The notes below the pieces were generated by a model. That model saw nothing but the letters and a program-made list of their open reading frames with translations. It did not search any database and had not been told where the DNA came from. Below, one piece after another: positions 10,123-22,800 of a stretch of DNA of 64,000 nucleotides (position 1 is its first letter; each line of letters starts with the position of its first letter). This stretch comes from an uncultured Gemmatimonadaceae bacterium. GTDB taxonomy: Bacteria > Gemmatimonadota > Gemmatimonadetes > Gemmatimonadales > Gemmatimonadaceae. A program made the position numbers and the translations under genes. Location of the stretch: NCBI GenBank assembly GCA_963843845.1, contig CAWJMB010000002.1:832001-896000 (forward strand). The letters are read 5' to 3'.

Positions 10123-13100
10123 CTACCGGGGGGTGAGCGCGTCGATCCACGCCGGCAACAACACCGCACGCAGATCGTCGGGCCGACGGCCGGTCGCATC
10201 GAACGTCGTCGTGAAGAGCTGCCGCGCCCGTCTCGCGTCGCCGAGCCGCAGCGCGCTCACGACGGCGCCGTCGTGCAGGAGCGACGGCGCGATCCATCGC
10301 ACGCCGCGTCGTTGCGCGGCGACGAGCGTGTCGGCCGCCGTCGCCGCGGCGGCCCAGTCCCACCCTTCGAGCGCGCGGAGAAAGCTCACCGCGGCGACGG
10401 CCTCGTTCGGCGCTCCCGTTCGCGCGAGAAACTCGAACAGGCGCGCGTAGAGCGCCGAGTCGACGACGCCGGCGGTACCGCCGTGGACGTCGTCGAGCAC
10501 GTCGGCCGTGTGGCTGGTGAATCGCATCCAGTCGACCGGCGCGCGCCCCGTGGCGAGCACGTTCTCGAACGCGGCGCGCCGATACAGTGCGTCGCGCGTC
10601 TCGTCGGCGTCCCCCCTCTCTGCGCCGGCGTCGTGAGCCGCCGAGCCGCCCGCCCGCCGTTCCCACGCCGCCCGCGTCGCCCTGCCTAACGCGAGCGCCT
10701 TCGCGCGCGGCAGGTCGACCGGACTGCGTGCGACGGCGGAGAACGGGGTGCGCCACCCGCGCATCGCCGCGACCGGGTCGAAGCGGCCCGTGCCGAGGTC
10801 GCGGAATCCCGTGGCGCGCGCTCGCATGAAGCGCGTCCGCTCCGCGCCGAGGTCGAGCACGGGGTAGAAGTCGGAGTTCACGGGGCGCCAGCGGTCGAGC
10901 AGCGGCGCGAGTGCGGCGCGGTCGATGAGCCGCGCGCTCGCGAGACTGAGCGAGTCGAGCGGCAGGGTGCGGCGGAGGTCGGCGCCTAACGCGGGGAGTG
11001 CCAGCGCGCGCCAGTCGGGCGCCGGGACGCGCGCCGCGTTCGTCGCGACGACGAGAATGTCGCCGGCGGAGACGAGGTAGATGTCGTACGCGCGGAAATT
11101 CCGGTGCAGCGCGGCGAGCACGTCGAGCACGAGCCGGTCGTCGATCTCGTAGAGGTGCAGCCACTGCCCGAAGATGCCGTTCGGCGTGAGCCACCCGCTC
11201 ACTCGGCCGTAGAACTCGTTCGTGAACAGGCCCGAGACGCCGCTCACCCACGGGTTCGACGGCTCGGAGACGATGACGTCGAACTTCTCGTCGCTCGCCG
11301 AGAAGAAGCTCTTCGCGTCGTCGAGCACGAAGTGCGACCGCGGGTCGTCGAAGACGCGCCGGTTCGCGGGGTAGAACTGGCGCGAGCCGTCGATCATCGC
11401 GGGCTCGATGTCGATCGTCGACAGCCGTTGAAGCGCGGGGCTCGCGAGCAGCAGGTGCGACGTCATCCCGGAGCCCTGCCCGATGACGGCGGCCGAGCGC
11501 GCGGCCGGCGCGTGGACGAGGGTGAGGAGGGGGAGGAGCGCCTGCGTCACCTGGTCGCCGGCGAGCGGGCGCCTGACCGTGTCCGCGGGAGACGGTCGCA
11601 CCCAGTCGACCGTCAAGGACGCGTCGGGCTTGCCGTTCGTCGCGAGCGAGATCGTGTTGCCGTTCTTCGCCTGCCGCACGCTGACGGTGGCCGTCCGTCC
11701 GTCGCGGTAGAAGAGCATCCGCATGTCGTCCGGCGACGTGACGCTCGCGTAGCGGTACACGCCGCTCGTCAGCGTCGCCGGGTGGAAGGGGGTGCGGATG
11801 GCGACCGCGAGCAGCATCGCGAACGTCGCCGGGACGACGACGAAGGTCGTGGTCCGCTCACTCGCGAGGCCGAAGCGCACGAGCAGCACGAAGCCGAGCG
11901 CGACGTCGACGAGCGCGCCGGCGACGAGCAGCCACTTGAGGCCCAGCAGCGGCATGAGCACGAGCCCGGCGAGCGCCGCGCCGACGATGGAGCCGAGCGT
12001 GTTCACCGCGTAGACGCGGCCGATGGCGCCCTCGCCGGCGCCGAGGACGTAGAGCGTGCGCGTGATGAGTGGGAGCGTCATGCCGGCGCAGAACGTCGCG
12101 GGAAGCATGACCGTGAGGCAGAGCAGGTAGCGCGCGAGCGAGAAGAGCGTGTACCCCTGGGCCGTCGTGTCGAGTGCGCTCAGCAGCTCGACCATCCAGT
12201 CGTACGACCGGAGATAGAGCGGGAGCGTCGCGATCGCGACGCTCCCCATGATCCACTGCACGATGCCCAGCGTGCGGACCGGGTCGGCGAGACGGTCGGC
12301 GCGGGCGCGCACCCACCAGGCGCCTGACGCGAGGCCGAGGATGAACACCGAGAGCATGATCTCGAACGAGTGCGTCGCGCTGCCGACGACGAGTGAGAGC
12401 ATGCGGAGCCAGGCGACCTCGTAGACGAACGAGGCGACGGCGGTGCCGAACGCGACGACGAGGAGCAGTGTCGCGAGGGAGCGATCGGCGCGTTCGTTCG
12501 GCGTCGATCGCGTCGAGATGGGTGCGCTCTCGCTCTCCGTCGATCGAATCCCTCGAAGCGGGGGGGGCTCAATGGCAGAGCTCGGCGCGAGGGTCAGCGC
12601 GTACGCGAGTGCTGCCACGGCCACGTTGATTCCCGCCGCCACGAGCAGCGTTCCCGGAAGCCCGACCGCCGCGAGCAGCCAGAACCCGGCGACGAGCACC
12701 CCCGCCGCCGCTCCCAGGCTGTTCGTGAAGTAGAGCAGCGCGAGCGTGCGCCCGGGGGCATCGGGCATGCGACGGATCGCGCCGGCGCTCATGAGCGGGA
12801 ACGTCGCGCCCAGCAGCACCGACTGCGGCAGGATCAGCAGCGCCGCGACGACCCATTTCGCCACGACGATCGCCGGCCCCGGCGGGAGCGCCGGAAGCAG
12901 CGTGCTGTAGGCGGCGCCCGTGACCGCGAGAAAGAGGGGATGAAAGAGCGCGCCGAGCGCCCCCGCGCCCAGCTCGACGAGCGCGTACAGCCGCAGCGGA
13001 TCGCGCAGCTCCGCCGAGCGGCGCCCGACGACCCAGGCGCCCACCGACATGCCGCCGAGGAAGATGACGAGGACGATGATCTGCGCGTACGCGCTGTGAC

Positions 13101-13191
13101 CGACGAACAGGCCGAGGTAGCGGCTCCAGATCGACTCGTACATCAATCCGGCGGCGCCGGAGATCGTGAACAGAAAGAGCAGCAGAGGCAC
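10123..13191 (-). CDS. Multi-TM membrane domain fused to spermidine synthase-like SAM-binding domain
   Basis: SGAAGLMYESIW, GATFP, YAVNTLGS; IGQGSGMT, IDIEP, FDVIVSEPSNPW. Confidence 0.88.
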   Translation of the reverse strand: MPLLLFLFTISGAAGLMYESIWSRYLGLFVGHSAYAQIIVLVIFLGGMSVGAWVVGRRSAELRDPLRLYALVELGAGALGALFHPLFLAVTGAAYSTLLPALPPGPAIVVAKWVVAALLILPQSVLLGATFPLMSAGAIRRMPDAPGRTLALLYFTNSLGAAAGVLVAGFWLLAAVGLPGTLLVAAGINVAVAALAYALTLAPSSAIEPPPLRGIRSTESESAPISTRSTPNERADRSLATLLLVVAFGTAVASFVYEVAWLRMLSLVVGSATHSFEIMLSVFILGLASGAWWVRARADRLADPVRTLGIVQWIMGSVAIATLPLYLRSYDWMVELLSALDTTAQGYTLFSLARYLLCLTVMLPATFCAGMTLPLITRTLYVLGAGEGAIGRVYAVNTLGSIVGAALAGLVLMPLLGLKWLLVAGALVDVALGFVLLVRFGLASERTTTFVVVPATFAMLLAVAIRTPFHPATLTSGVYRYASVTSPDDMRMLFYRDGRTATVSVRQAKNGNTISLATNGKPDASLTVDWVRPSPADTVRRPLAGDQVTQALLPLLTLVHAPAARSAAVIGQGSGMTSHLLLASPALQRLSTIDIEPAMIDGSRQFYPANRRVFDDPRSHFVLDDAKSFFSASDEKFDVIVSEPSNPWVSGVSGLFTNEFYGRVSGWLTPNGIFGQWLHLYEIDDRLVLDVLAALHRNFRAYDIYLVSAGDILVVATNAARVPAPDWRALALPALGADLRRTLPLDSLSLASARLIDRAALAPLLDRWRPVNSDFYPVLDLGAERTRFMRARATGFRDLGTGRFDPVAAMRGWRTPFSAVARSPVDLPRAKALALGRATRAAWERRAGGSAAHDAGAERGDADETRDALYRRAAFENVLATGRAPVDWMRFTSHTADVLDDVHGGTAGVVDSALYARLFEFLARTGAPNEAVAAVSFLRALEGWDWAAAATAADTLVAAQRRGVRWIAPSLLHDGAVVSALRLGDARRARQLFTTTFDATGRRPDDLRAVLLPAWIDALTPR

Positions 13192-13234
13192 TGATGTCGG
13201 GGCTCGGTGACGGCTGGGGCTCGGTCCCGGCAGC

Positions 13235-14260
13235 TCAGAGTGTGATCACGACCTTGCCGAACGTCGCGTTCGACTCGAGCCGCTCGTGCGCGCTCGCGAG
13301 GGCGCTCAGCGCGAACACCGAGTCGACCACGGGCCGCACGCGCCCGTCCTCGAGGAACGGGGCGACCTCGGCGGCGAAGTGGCGCGTGACGGCGATGCGC
13401 TCTTCGAGCGGGCGCGCACGGAGCACGGTGCCGCGCAGCGTCAGTCGGTTGCGGAGCAGCGGTCGGTAGTCGATCTCGCCGCGCGCGCCGGCCATCGTGC
13501 CGACGAGGATCACGCGACCGCGCGGCGCCATCACCCCCAACGTCGCGGCGAGGTACGGGCCACCGACGAGGTCGAGCGCGACGTCGACGCCGCGGCCGGC
13601 GGTGTGCTCACGAACGAACGGCACGAGGGCGGACGACACGCCCGCCGCGCCGGTCGCCACGGCGTCGGGCACCGCGTCGGTCGGCAGCGCGAGCCCCGCG
13701 TCGAGCCCGGCGACCTCGCGCGCGCGGTCGAGCTTCTCCGCCGTGCGCGCGGTGCCGAACGCGCGGAGGCCGAAGGCGCGCGCCACCTGCACGGCCGCGA
13801 GTCCGACGCCGCTGCCGACGGCGTGGATCAGCACGGTCTCGCCCGGGCGCGCGTCCGCCTGCCGCAGCGCGTCGTGCGCGGTGATGAACGCCTCGGGAAC
13901 CGCGGCGGCGTCGGTCCACGACAGGCGCTCCGGGATCCGCGCCACGGCGCGCTCGTGCGTCGCGAGGTACTCCGCGTGCGCGCCGCCGCCGACGAGGCCC
14001 CAGACGCGATCCCCGCGCTGCCACGCACTCGCGCCCGTGCCCGAGGCGACGACCTCGCCGGCGAACTCGATGCCGGGGACGTCGGCGGGCGCGCCCGGCG
14101 GGGCCGGATAGTTCCCGCGCCGCTGCAGGAGGTCCGCGCGATTGAGGGCCGAGGCGCGCACGCGCACGAGGATCTGCTCGTGGCCGGGCGTCGGCGTCGG
14201 GCGCTCCTGGATCTCGAGCACCTCGGGGCCGCCGGGGCGGGTGATGATGGCAGCGCGCAT
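13235..14260 (-). CDS. NAD(P)H-quinone oxidoreductase, PIG3/zeta-crystallin family
   Basis: GGPEVL, LNRADLLQRRGNYP, PGIEFAG, LIHAVGSGVG, GKVVI. Confidence 0.9.
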   Translation of the reverse strand: MRAAIITRPGGPEVLEIQERPTPTPGHEQILVRVRASALNRADLLQRRGNYPAPPGAPADVPGIEFAGEVVASGTGASAWQRGDRVWGLVGGGAHAEYLATHERAVARIPERLSWTDAAAVPEAFITAHDALRQADARPGETVLIHAVGSGVGLAAVQVARAFGLRAFGTARTAEKLDRAREVAGLDAGLALPTDAVPDAVATGAAGVSSALVPFVREHTAGRGVDVALDLVGGPYLAATLGVMAPRGRVILVGTMAGARGEIDYRPLLRNRLTLRGTVLRARPLEERIAVTRHFAAEVAPFLEDGRVRPVVDSVFALSALASAHERLESNATFGKVVITL

Positions 14261-14326
14261 CGGATCAGGCACGGGTCATCGCCGCACGCGCACGGCGGAT
14301 CGTGAGCGACCGGAACCGCATCGCGC

Positions 14327-15752
14327 TCACGGCCGCGCGACGAGCCGCGCGCGCGCGCCCGGCGACTGGCGGAGCGTGATCCGTGACTGCGGCCTGACGG
14401 TCTGCCCCGGAACCAACTGCATCGACCACCGCGCCGCGAGCGTGGCGAGCACGAGGATCAGCTCCGTCCACGCGAACTGCTCGCCGATGCAGATGCGCGT
14501 GCCGCCGCCGAACGGGAAGTAGGCGAACCTGGGGCGCGCGCCTCGCTCGTCGCCGTCGTCGCGCGCCGACTCGGCGGCCGCCGCCCGCGTCCACCGCTCG
14601 GGGCGGAACGCCTCGGGCTCCGGCCACCACCGCGCGTCGTGGTGCGCGACCCACGGCGACGTGATGACACCCCACCCGGGCTCGATCGTCACGCCGCCGA
14701 CCTCACACCGCTCGGCGCAGATTCGACCGATCGCATACGCGGGGGGAAAGAGGCGCATCGACTCGGCGATCACGGCGCGGGTGTAGGGAAGGCGCGGCAG
14801 ATCGTCGATCGTCGGCACGCGCCGCGCGTCGGACGTGCCCAACACACCGTCCAGCTCGGCGTGCAACTGCGCCTCCGCGTCTCGGATGCTGGGCGAGCAG
14901 GTACCACGTCCAGGCGAGCGCGTTCGCCGTCGTCTCGTGGCCGGCGAGGAAGAGCGTCATCACCTCGTCGCGGAGCTGGGTGTCGCTCATCGGCTCGCCG
15001 TCGGTCTCGTCCGGGTCGGTCGCGACGAGGAGCATCGACAGCAGGTCGCCGCGCTCGGCCGCGTCCGCGCTCCGCCGGCGCTCGGCGATGATGCCGGAGA
15101 CGATGGTGTCGAGCCGCGTGCGCGCGGTGGCGAAGCGGTTGGCCGGCGGCACCGGGAGGCGGACCATCCACCGCGCGATCGGCAGAAAGGCGAGGGGCGC
15201 GAAGCGCATGGCGTCGTGCATCGCCGCTGCCACGGCGCGGGCGCGGTCGCCGACGTCGGTGCCGAAGAGCGTCTCGCCGGCGATGCCCAACGTCAGCGCC
15301 GTCATCTCCGCCGCGACATCGACCACGGCGCCGGGGCCTGCCGCGGACCAGCGGTCGCTCCACCGCGCGGCCGCGGTGGTCATGGCGGAGGCGTATGCGG
15401 CGATGCGCTCGCGGTGGAACGCCGGCTGCGCGAGTCTGCGCTGGCGGCGGTGCACGTCTCCCTCGCTCGTCAGCAGGCCGTCGCCGAGGAGGAGACGGAG
15501 ACCGCGGTGCGCGTAGCCGCGCACGAAGTGGCGCTGCCGCGTCACGAGGACGTCGCGGGCGTCGTCGGGATGGCCGACGAAGACGAACGTCTGCCCGATC
15601 GCCGGGAAGACGACCGTGTCGCTCAGCCGGGCGAGGCGGACGAGCAGCGCGCGCGGGTCGCGGGCGAGCGCGAGCGTGTACTCGCCGGGCCAGCGGGCGC
15701 GCAGCCGCGCGGCCTGGCGGTGGAGGGCGGGAGCGGGGGTGACGGCGGTCAT
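14327..15752 (-). CDS. Cytochrome P450; one frameshift at ~14880
   Basis: I-helix LAGHETT, K-helix ESMR, FRPERW, heme motif FGGGTRICIG. Confidence 0.88.
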
Positions 15753-15925
15753 GTCGTCCGTCGCTTCGCGCGGGATGACGGTGGCATGCAGGCTCAGGAG
15801 GGCTCGCGACCGGCGGAATGTATGTCGAAATCGTGTCGCCCCGATCGTCGATGCGGAGCCGCACGGGGCGTCCGTGTGCCGCGTGTGAAACTCTTCGGGC
15901 GGGGCGGGCGTACATCGGCGGGTGA

Positions 15926-15943
15926 TGTAAGTGCATGCTTGCA
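15926..15943. promoter_or_regulatory. Candidate TetR operator (imperfect inverted repeat TGTAAG-TGCATG-CTTGCA)
   Basis: Relatively AT-rich near-palindrome in the divergent gap between the P450 and TetR genes. Confidence 0.4.
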
Positions 15944-16010
15944 CACCCCGCCCGGTTCGCGTAGCGTTGTCCGCTCGCCGCTCGACCCACCGGTCCCTTC
16001 CGTCTCGCGC

Positions 16011-16712
16011 ATGATCGACAACCGGGCACGCCTGCTGGACGCTGCCGCGAAAGTGTACGCAGAGTACGGCTACCGCGGCGCGACCACGCGGAGAATCGCC
16101 GTGGCTGCCGGCGTCAACGAAGTCACGCTCTTCCGCACGTTCGGCTCGAAGGCCGCACTGCTCGACGAGGCACTGTGTTGTCGCGCCGCGTCGGTCGGCG
16201 CCGGCCGCGCCATGCTGCCGGCCGAGCCGCACGACCCGGAGCGCGAGCTGACCGAGTGGGCGACGGTGCAGCTCGAGCGCTTTCGCGAGGCCGGGTCGCT
16301 GTTGCGGAAGTCGCTCAGCGAGTTGGAGGAGCGCCCCGAGGGGCCCTGCGTCGCGCACGCGGTCGCCGACGTCGCCGAGGAGCTGCGCGCGTACATGCGG
16401 CGGTTGGCGGACGTCGGGCTCGTCGACTGGTCGGCCCTCGACGAGGACGAGCTGGGGCGCCAGCGAGCGCGCCGGCGCGCTCCGGCGGCCCGGCGCGACG
16501 CGCTCCGGTCGGAGGACGCCCACGCCGCCGGCACGATGCTCGTCTCCGCGCTGTTCGGCGACGCGATGGGGCGCTCCGCGATGCCCGGGCTGTATCCCGA
16601 GCCGGTGGACCGGGCGCCGGCGCTCTACGTCCGCCTCTTTCTGCGAGCCATTCGCTGCGCCCCGGCGGCGCGCCGCATCGCTCGCGCCACTGCCACGCAG
16701 ACCCGTTCATGA
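16011..16712 (+). CDS. TetR/AcrR family transcriptional regulator
   Basis: RARLLDAAAKVYAEYGYRGATTRRIAVAAGVNEVTLFRTFGSK HTH. Confidence 0.9.
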   Translation: MIDNRARLLDAAAKVYAEYGYRGATTRRIAVAAGVNEVTLFRTFGSKAALLDEALCCRAASVGAGRAMLPAEPHDPERELTEWATVQLERFREAGSLLRKSLSELEERPEGPCVAHAVADVAEELRAYMRRLADVGLVDWSALDEDELGRQRARRRAPAARRDALRSEDAHAAGTMLVSALFGDAMGRSAMPGLYPEPVDRAPALYVRLFLRAIRCAPAARRIARATATQTRS

Positions 16713-18536
16713 ACGCATTTCCGAGGGGCGTCGCATTCACGCTGGCGGCGGGCGTCGCGCTCGTCGCATCGTCGTCGGGTGCGCAGACGCCCGCCGCGCG
16801 GGTGCCGGCCGCGCCCGTCGCGGCGACCCCCCTGTCGCTCGACGAGGCCATCCGGCTCGCAGAGGGTGAGAGCGAGGCGGTGCGCATCGCGCAGGCCGGC
16901 GTGCTGCGGGCGCGCGGGCAGCAGTCTCAGGCGCGCGCGCAGTACCTGCCGCAGCTCAACGGCTCGGCCAACTATCAGCGCGCGCTGCAGAACCAGTTCC
17001 AGGCGATCTCGAGTCAGGCGCCGGTCGACACCCAGACCGGGCCGCGGCTCTCGTCGCTCTGCGCGCCGGCCATCTCCGAGACGGCGACGCCGGCCGAGCG
17101 ACAGGCTGCGTTGCAGCAGGCGCAGACGTGCGCGTCGAGCGGCGACGCGCTGGGCGGGATCTCGCGCATCTTCGCGTCGCCGTACACGCTGACGCTCGGG
17201 CTCACGGGGTCGCAGACGGTCTACTCCGGCGGGCGCGTGCAGGCGTCGAACCAGGTCGCGAACGCGACGCGCCGCAGCGCGGAGATCGGCGTCGTGGCGG
17301 CGCGCGCGCAGCTGCAGCTCGACGTCGCGCAGGCGTACTACGGCGCGGTGCTCGCCGACCGGCTCGTGCAGATCAGCGAGTCGTCGTACGTGCAGGCGGA
17401 GCGGACGTACCGGCAGACGAGCCTCGCGTCGCAGGTCGGCAACGTCGCCGAGTTCGATCTGCTGCGGGCGCGCGTGACGCGCGACAATCAGCGCCCCGTG
17501 CTGATCCAGGCGCGCGCGGCGCGCGACGTCGCGTACCTGCAGCTGCGGCAGCTCCTCAACCTGCCGTCGACGCGCCCGCTCGCGCTGACGACGACGCTGC
17601 CGATCGCCGGGCCGTCGACGAGCGGGCCGCAACCGCGCGCCGCCACCGCGCCGTCGATCGCCCCATCGACCGCGCCCGAGCGCGCGCACGGCGATCGCGA
17701 TCTCGAATCCGATGCCGCTCGACTTCGACCCGGCCGAGATCCTCGCCGACGACCCGCGCGTCCGGGCGGCGGTCGACAGCGTGGCGCAGCGCGCCGACAC
17801 GTCGTCGCGCGACCGGGCGAGCGCGCGGCAGTCGCGCGAGAACGTGACCGTGCAGCGCAACCTGCTGCGTCAGGCGCGCGCGCAGCGGCTGCCGCAGATC
17901 GGGCTCGACGAGCGTGTATCAGCGCTTCGCGTATCCGAGCGGCGGCTTCCTGCCGATCCCGAGCTCGTTCAATCAGCTCTACCCCAACTGGACGGTCGCG
18001 CTGGGCGTCTCGCTGCCGATCTTCACCGGCGGGCGCATCCGCGGCGACGAGCTCGTCGCCGAAGCCGGTCTGCGCGAGGCCGAGCAGACGGCGCAGCAGG
18101 TCCAGGAGCTCTCCGCGCTCGACGCGCAGGTCGCGCTCTCGGCAGCTGGCGCAGGCCGAGGCGACGTGGCTCGCGAGCGAGCGGCACGGCGGAGCAGGCG
18201 GATCGCGCGTACACGATCTCGGAGGTGCGCTTCCGCGAGGGGATCTCGACGCTCGTGGAGCTGTCGGACTCACGGCTGTTGTTGCAGCAGGCGCAGACGA
18301 ACGCGGCCACGGCGGCGCGCGACCTCCAGATCGCGCGGCTCAAGCTGTCGCTGCTGCGCGACCTGCCGCTCACGTCGTCGTCGGCCGCGCAGCAGCAGAG
18401 CGGGTCGCGTCAGGGCGCGGCGGGCGGGAGCGGCGGGCAGCAGCAGGGCGGTTCATCATCGACTCAGCAGCGGTCCGCGGGGAGTTCGGCGGGCGGCTTC
18501 CAGACAGCCGGCGTCGCCGGCGGGGGCGTTCCATGA
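16709..18536 (+). CDS. TolC family outer membrane efflux protein; several frameshifts
   Basis: LSLDEAIRLA, ARAQYLPQL, DVAQAYY, FDLLRA, RFREGISTLVELSD across ORFs 16175, 17712, 17914; ATGA coupling. Confidence 0.85.
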
Positions 18537-19804
18537 GAGGCACGAGCAGGTTCGGTCGGGGAGGGTTCGGTGGCGTGGGGCTCGGCGGCGTCGGTTTGCG
18601 AGGCGTCGCGTTCGGCACGGTGGCGCTGAGCGCCGCGACGGTGGGCGCGTGCGGCGAGAAGGACGCGGCGGCGAACGATTCGACCGCGGCCGCGGCGGCG
18701 GTGATGACGGTCGGGGCGGAGAACGTCGCGGTCGTTCGCACCGACACCATTCAGAGTGGTCCCGGCGCTCTCCGGCTCGCTCCAGCCCGAGCGGCAGGCG
18801 ACGATTCGCGCCGAGGCGGCAGGCACGGTGACGCGGACCTACGCCGAGGCGGGGCAGCGCGTCGGGCGCGGCACCGTGCTCGCGCGCATCGAGACGACCG
18901 GGCTCACCGACCAGGCGGCTCGCCGCGCGCGCGAACGTCGCGTCGGCGCGCGCTCGGGTACGAGACCGCGCAGCGCAACGCGGAGCGGTCCGACCGGCTG
19001 CTCGCGGCCGGCGCGATCGCGGCGCGCGACGCGGAAGGGGCCCGGGCGCAGGCGAGCGCGGCGCAGGCGCAGCTCAGCGCGGCGCAGGCGCAGCTCGCGA
19101 GCGTGCAGAAAGCAGCTCGGCAACACGAGCCCGAGCGCGCCGTTCGCCGGCGTCATCGGGGTGCGGAGCGGTCAGCGAGGGCGACGTCGTCACCGTCGGC
19201 GGGGCGCTGTTCACGGTCGTCGATCCGTCGAGCATGCAGCTCGAGGCGAGCGTGCCGGCCGACCAGCTCTCGCAGGTGCGCGTCGGCGCGCCGGTGCGCT
19301 TCACCGTGAACGGCTACCCGAACCGCGCCTTCGTCGGGAAGGTGACGCGCGTCGCGCCGGTGGCCGATCCGGCGACGCGGCAGGTGCGGATCATCGCGTC
19401 GGTCCCGAACAGCGGCAACGCGCTCGTCGGCGGGCTGTTCGCCGAAGGGCGCGTGTCGAGCGAGGTGCGCTCGGCGCTCGTGGCGCCGAACGCGGCGATC
19501 GATCAGCGCAGCACGACGCCGGCGGTCGTGCGCGTGAAGAGGCGGCAAGGTCGAGCGCGTGAACGTGGAGCTCGGACTGCGCGACGACGCGACCGAGCGC
19601 GTGGAGATCCGGAGCGGCGTGCAGGCCGGCGACACGCTGCTGCTCGGCGCGGCGCAGGGCATCTCGGCGGGAACGCCGATCCGCGTCGGCGCGCCGAACG
19701 ATCGGCAGGCGGCGCAGAACGCGACACCGCAGCCGGCGACGCCGCAGACCGCGACACCCGCGAGTCCGCCGAACGACACGGCGCGCGGCACCCGCCCGCG
19801 CTGA
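18533..19804 (+). CDS. RND efflux periplasmic adaptor (MFP); several frameshifts
   Basis: SGSLQPERQATIRAE, APFAGVI, LEASVP, VADPATRQV, VELGLRD across frames. Confidence 0.85.
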
Positions 19805-19823
19805 CGCACGAGAGGCAACCGCC

Positions 19824-22800
19824 ATGGTCATCTCGGATTTCGCGATCAGCCGACCGCTCGTCACCGTCGTCGCGATGCTCGCGCTCGCGCTGTTCGGGCT
19901 CGTCGCGCTGCTTCAAGCTCAAGACGGACGAGTTCCCCGACGTCGCGCCGCCGTTCGTGCTCGTCGCCGTGCCGTATCCGGGCGCGTCGCCGGACGGCGT
20001 GGAGAAGGAGATCCTCGACCCGATCGAGGAGCAGATCGCCGCCATCACCGGCGTGAAGCAGCGTCAGCGGCAAGGCGTTCGACGGCTACGGGCAGATCCT
20101 CGTGGAGTTCGAGTTCGGCAAGGACCTGAACGAGGCGACGCAGGAGATCCGCGACGCGATCTCGGGCATCCGCTCCGACCTGCCGACGGAGATGAAGGAG
20201 CCGATCATCAAGAAGTTCAACGACACCGACCGGCCGATCATCTCGCTCGCGCTCGCGTCGACGACGCAGGACGCAGGCCGCGCTGACGCGACATCGCCGA
20301 CCCCGGCATCACGCGCGAGCTGCGCTCGATCAGCGGCGTGGCCGAGGTGACGGTGTTCGGCGAAGATCGAGCGCGAGATCACGGTGTTGCTGAAACCCGA
20401 CGCGCTGCAGGCGAACGGCGTCAGCGTGTCGCAGGTGGTGCAGGCGCTGCAGCTGCAGAACCTCGCCGCGCCGGTGGGTCGGGTCGAGGGCGCGCTCGAC
20501 GAGCGGTCGATCCGTCTCAAGGGGCGCTTCGTCGATCCGAGCGAGTTCGCCGACCTCGTCGTCGCCGACCCGGCCCGGCGGCGCGCTCGTGCGCCTGGGC
20601 GAGGTCGCCGACGTGCGCGACGGCACCGAGGAGCCGCGCTCGCTCGCGCTCTACAACGGGCGCGAGGCGGTCGGCATCGACATCAAGAAGTCGAAAGGGT
20701 ACAGCACGACCGACGTCAGCGACCGGATCCGCGAGCGCGTCGTCGACATCCAGAAGCGACTGCCGCCGGGGACGAAGCTCGAGCTCGTCAAGGACTCGGG
20801 CGTGCGCGTCGACCACGCGGTGAAGAACGTCGAGGAGGCGCTGCATCGAGGGCGCGCTGCTCACCGTGCTCGTCGTGTTCCTGTTCCTGAACTCGTGGCG
20901 CTCGACGGTCATCACCGGCCTCGCGCTGCCGGTCTCGGTGCTCGCCAGCTTCATCGCCGTCTGGGCGATCGGGCTTCAAGCTCGAGACGATGTCGCTGCT
21001 CGGCCTCTCGCTGGCGATCGGCATCCTGATCGACGACGCGATCGTGGTGCGCGAGAACATCGTGCGGCACGTGGAGATGGGGAAGGACCACTTCCACGGC
21101 GGCGCACGACGGCACCGACGAGATCGGGCTCGCCGTCGCGGCGACGACGTTCTCGATCCTCGCGGTGTTCGTGCCGATCGGCTTCATGCCGGGGGTCGGC
21201 GGCCAGTGGTTCAAGCCGTTCGCGCTGACGATCGCCTGCTCGGTGCTCGTGTCGCTGTTCGTGTCGTTCTCGCTCGACCCGATGCTCTCGGCGTACTGGG
21301 CCGACCCGCACGTGCCGCCGAGGAGCAGCGCGGCTGGATCACGCGGCGGCTCGACCGTTCAACGCCTGGTTCAACCGGCCAGGCCGAGCGCTACCGCCAC
21401 GTCATCGCGTGGGCGCTCGACCACCGCGCGGCGATGGTGGCGCTGGCGATCGGCACCTTCTTCGCCTCGTTCACGATTCCGGCGCGCGGCCTCATCGGGC
21501 TGCTCGCGGCACTCGTCGGCGTGGGGATCGCGATGTTCGCGCTCACGCGCAAGCCGGCTGGCCGCGGCTCGTGAAGCTCGGCCGGCGTCGCGGCCGGCAT
21601 CGTGGTGTTCGTGCGTGCTGCCGCCGCTCGTGCCGGTCGTGGCGCAACGTCGGCGTCGGCTTCTTCCCCGAGGACGACCGCTCCGAGTTCATCATCGCGC
21701 TCGAGACGCCGCCGGGCTCGAACATCGGCGTACACGCGGCTCAAGGCGCAGGAGGCGGCGCGCGCTCGCGCGCGCGCACCCGGAGGTGCGAGTACACGTA
21801 CACGACGCTCGGCGGCGGCGCGTCGCGGCGGCGGTGGACGTCGGCAACATCTACGTGCAGCTGGTGCCGAAGTCCGAGCGGACGCGGAGCGCCGAGCAGT
21901 TCGCGACGCGAGCTGCGCGACGGAGACGAAGCAGCGTCGCCGGCGTGACGCTCGCGGTGTTCACGAGCGACTTCGGCGGCGGGCGCAAGCAGCTCCAGTT
22001 CCAGCTCGCGCGGCAGCGACCTCGCGACGCTGAACCAGCGCCGCCGAGCAGGTGATGGCGGTCGTGCAGCAGCACGCCGGGCGCGGTGGACGTCGGCCTG
22101 TCGACGAAGGGGCAGAAGCCCGAGCTCGAACGTGGAGCTCAACCGCGGCGTCGCCGGCTCGCTCGGCGTCACCGTCGGGCAGGTCGCGCAGTCGCTGCGC
22201 CCCGCGTTCGCCGGCATCGACGTCGGCGACTGGCAGGACCCGTCAGGGCGAGATGCGCGACGTGCAGGTGCGGCTCGCGCCCGAGGCGCGGCGCAACGCC
22301 GACGACCTGCGGCAGCTGCCGCTCGTCGTGCCGGGCCCGAACGGCGCGCCGACCACGCTGCCGCTCGGCCAGGTGGCCACGGTGCACGCAGGGCGTCGGG
22401 CCGGCGATCATCGACCACCTCGACCGCGACCAGGTGGTGGCGGTGCAGGCGAACACGTCGGGCCGCGCCGACGGGCGACGTGACGAACGACGTCAGAACG
22501 CGGCTGGCGAAGCTGCACCTTCCCGCCGGGCGTCACGCGTGTCCGCTCGGCGGCGACGCGCAGGACCAGCAGGAGGTGTTCGGGCAGATCTTCTTCGCGC
22601 TCGGCGTCGCGGTGATGCTGATGTACCTCATCCTCGTCGTGCAGTTCGGGTCGTTCCTCGATCCGCTGGCGATCCTGATGTCGCTGCCGCTGTCGCTCAT
22701 CGGCGTGCTGCTGGCGCTCGCGATCACGCGGCACACGATCAACATCATGTCGCTCATCGGCGTCATCCTGCTCGATGGGCATCGTGGCGAAGAACGCCAT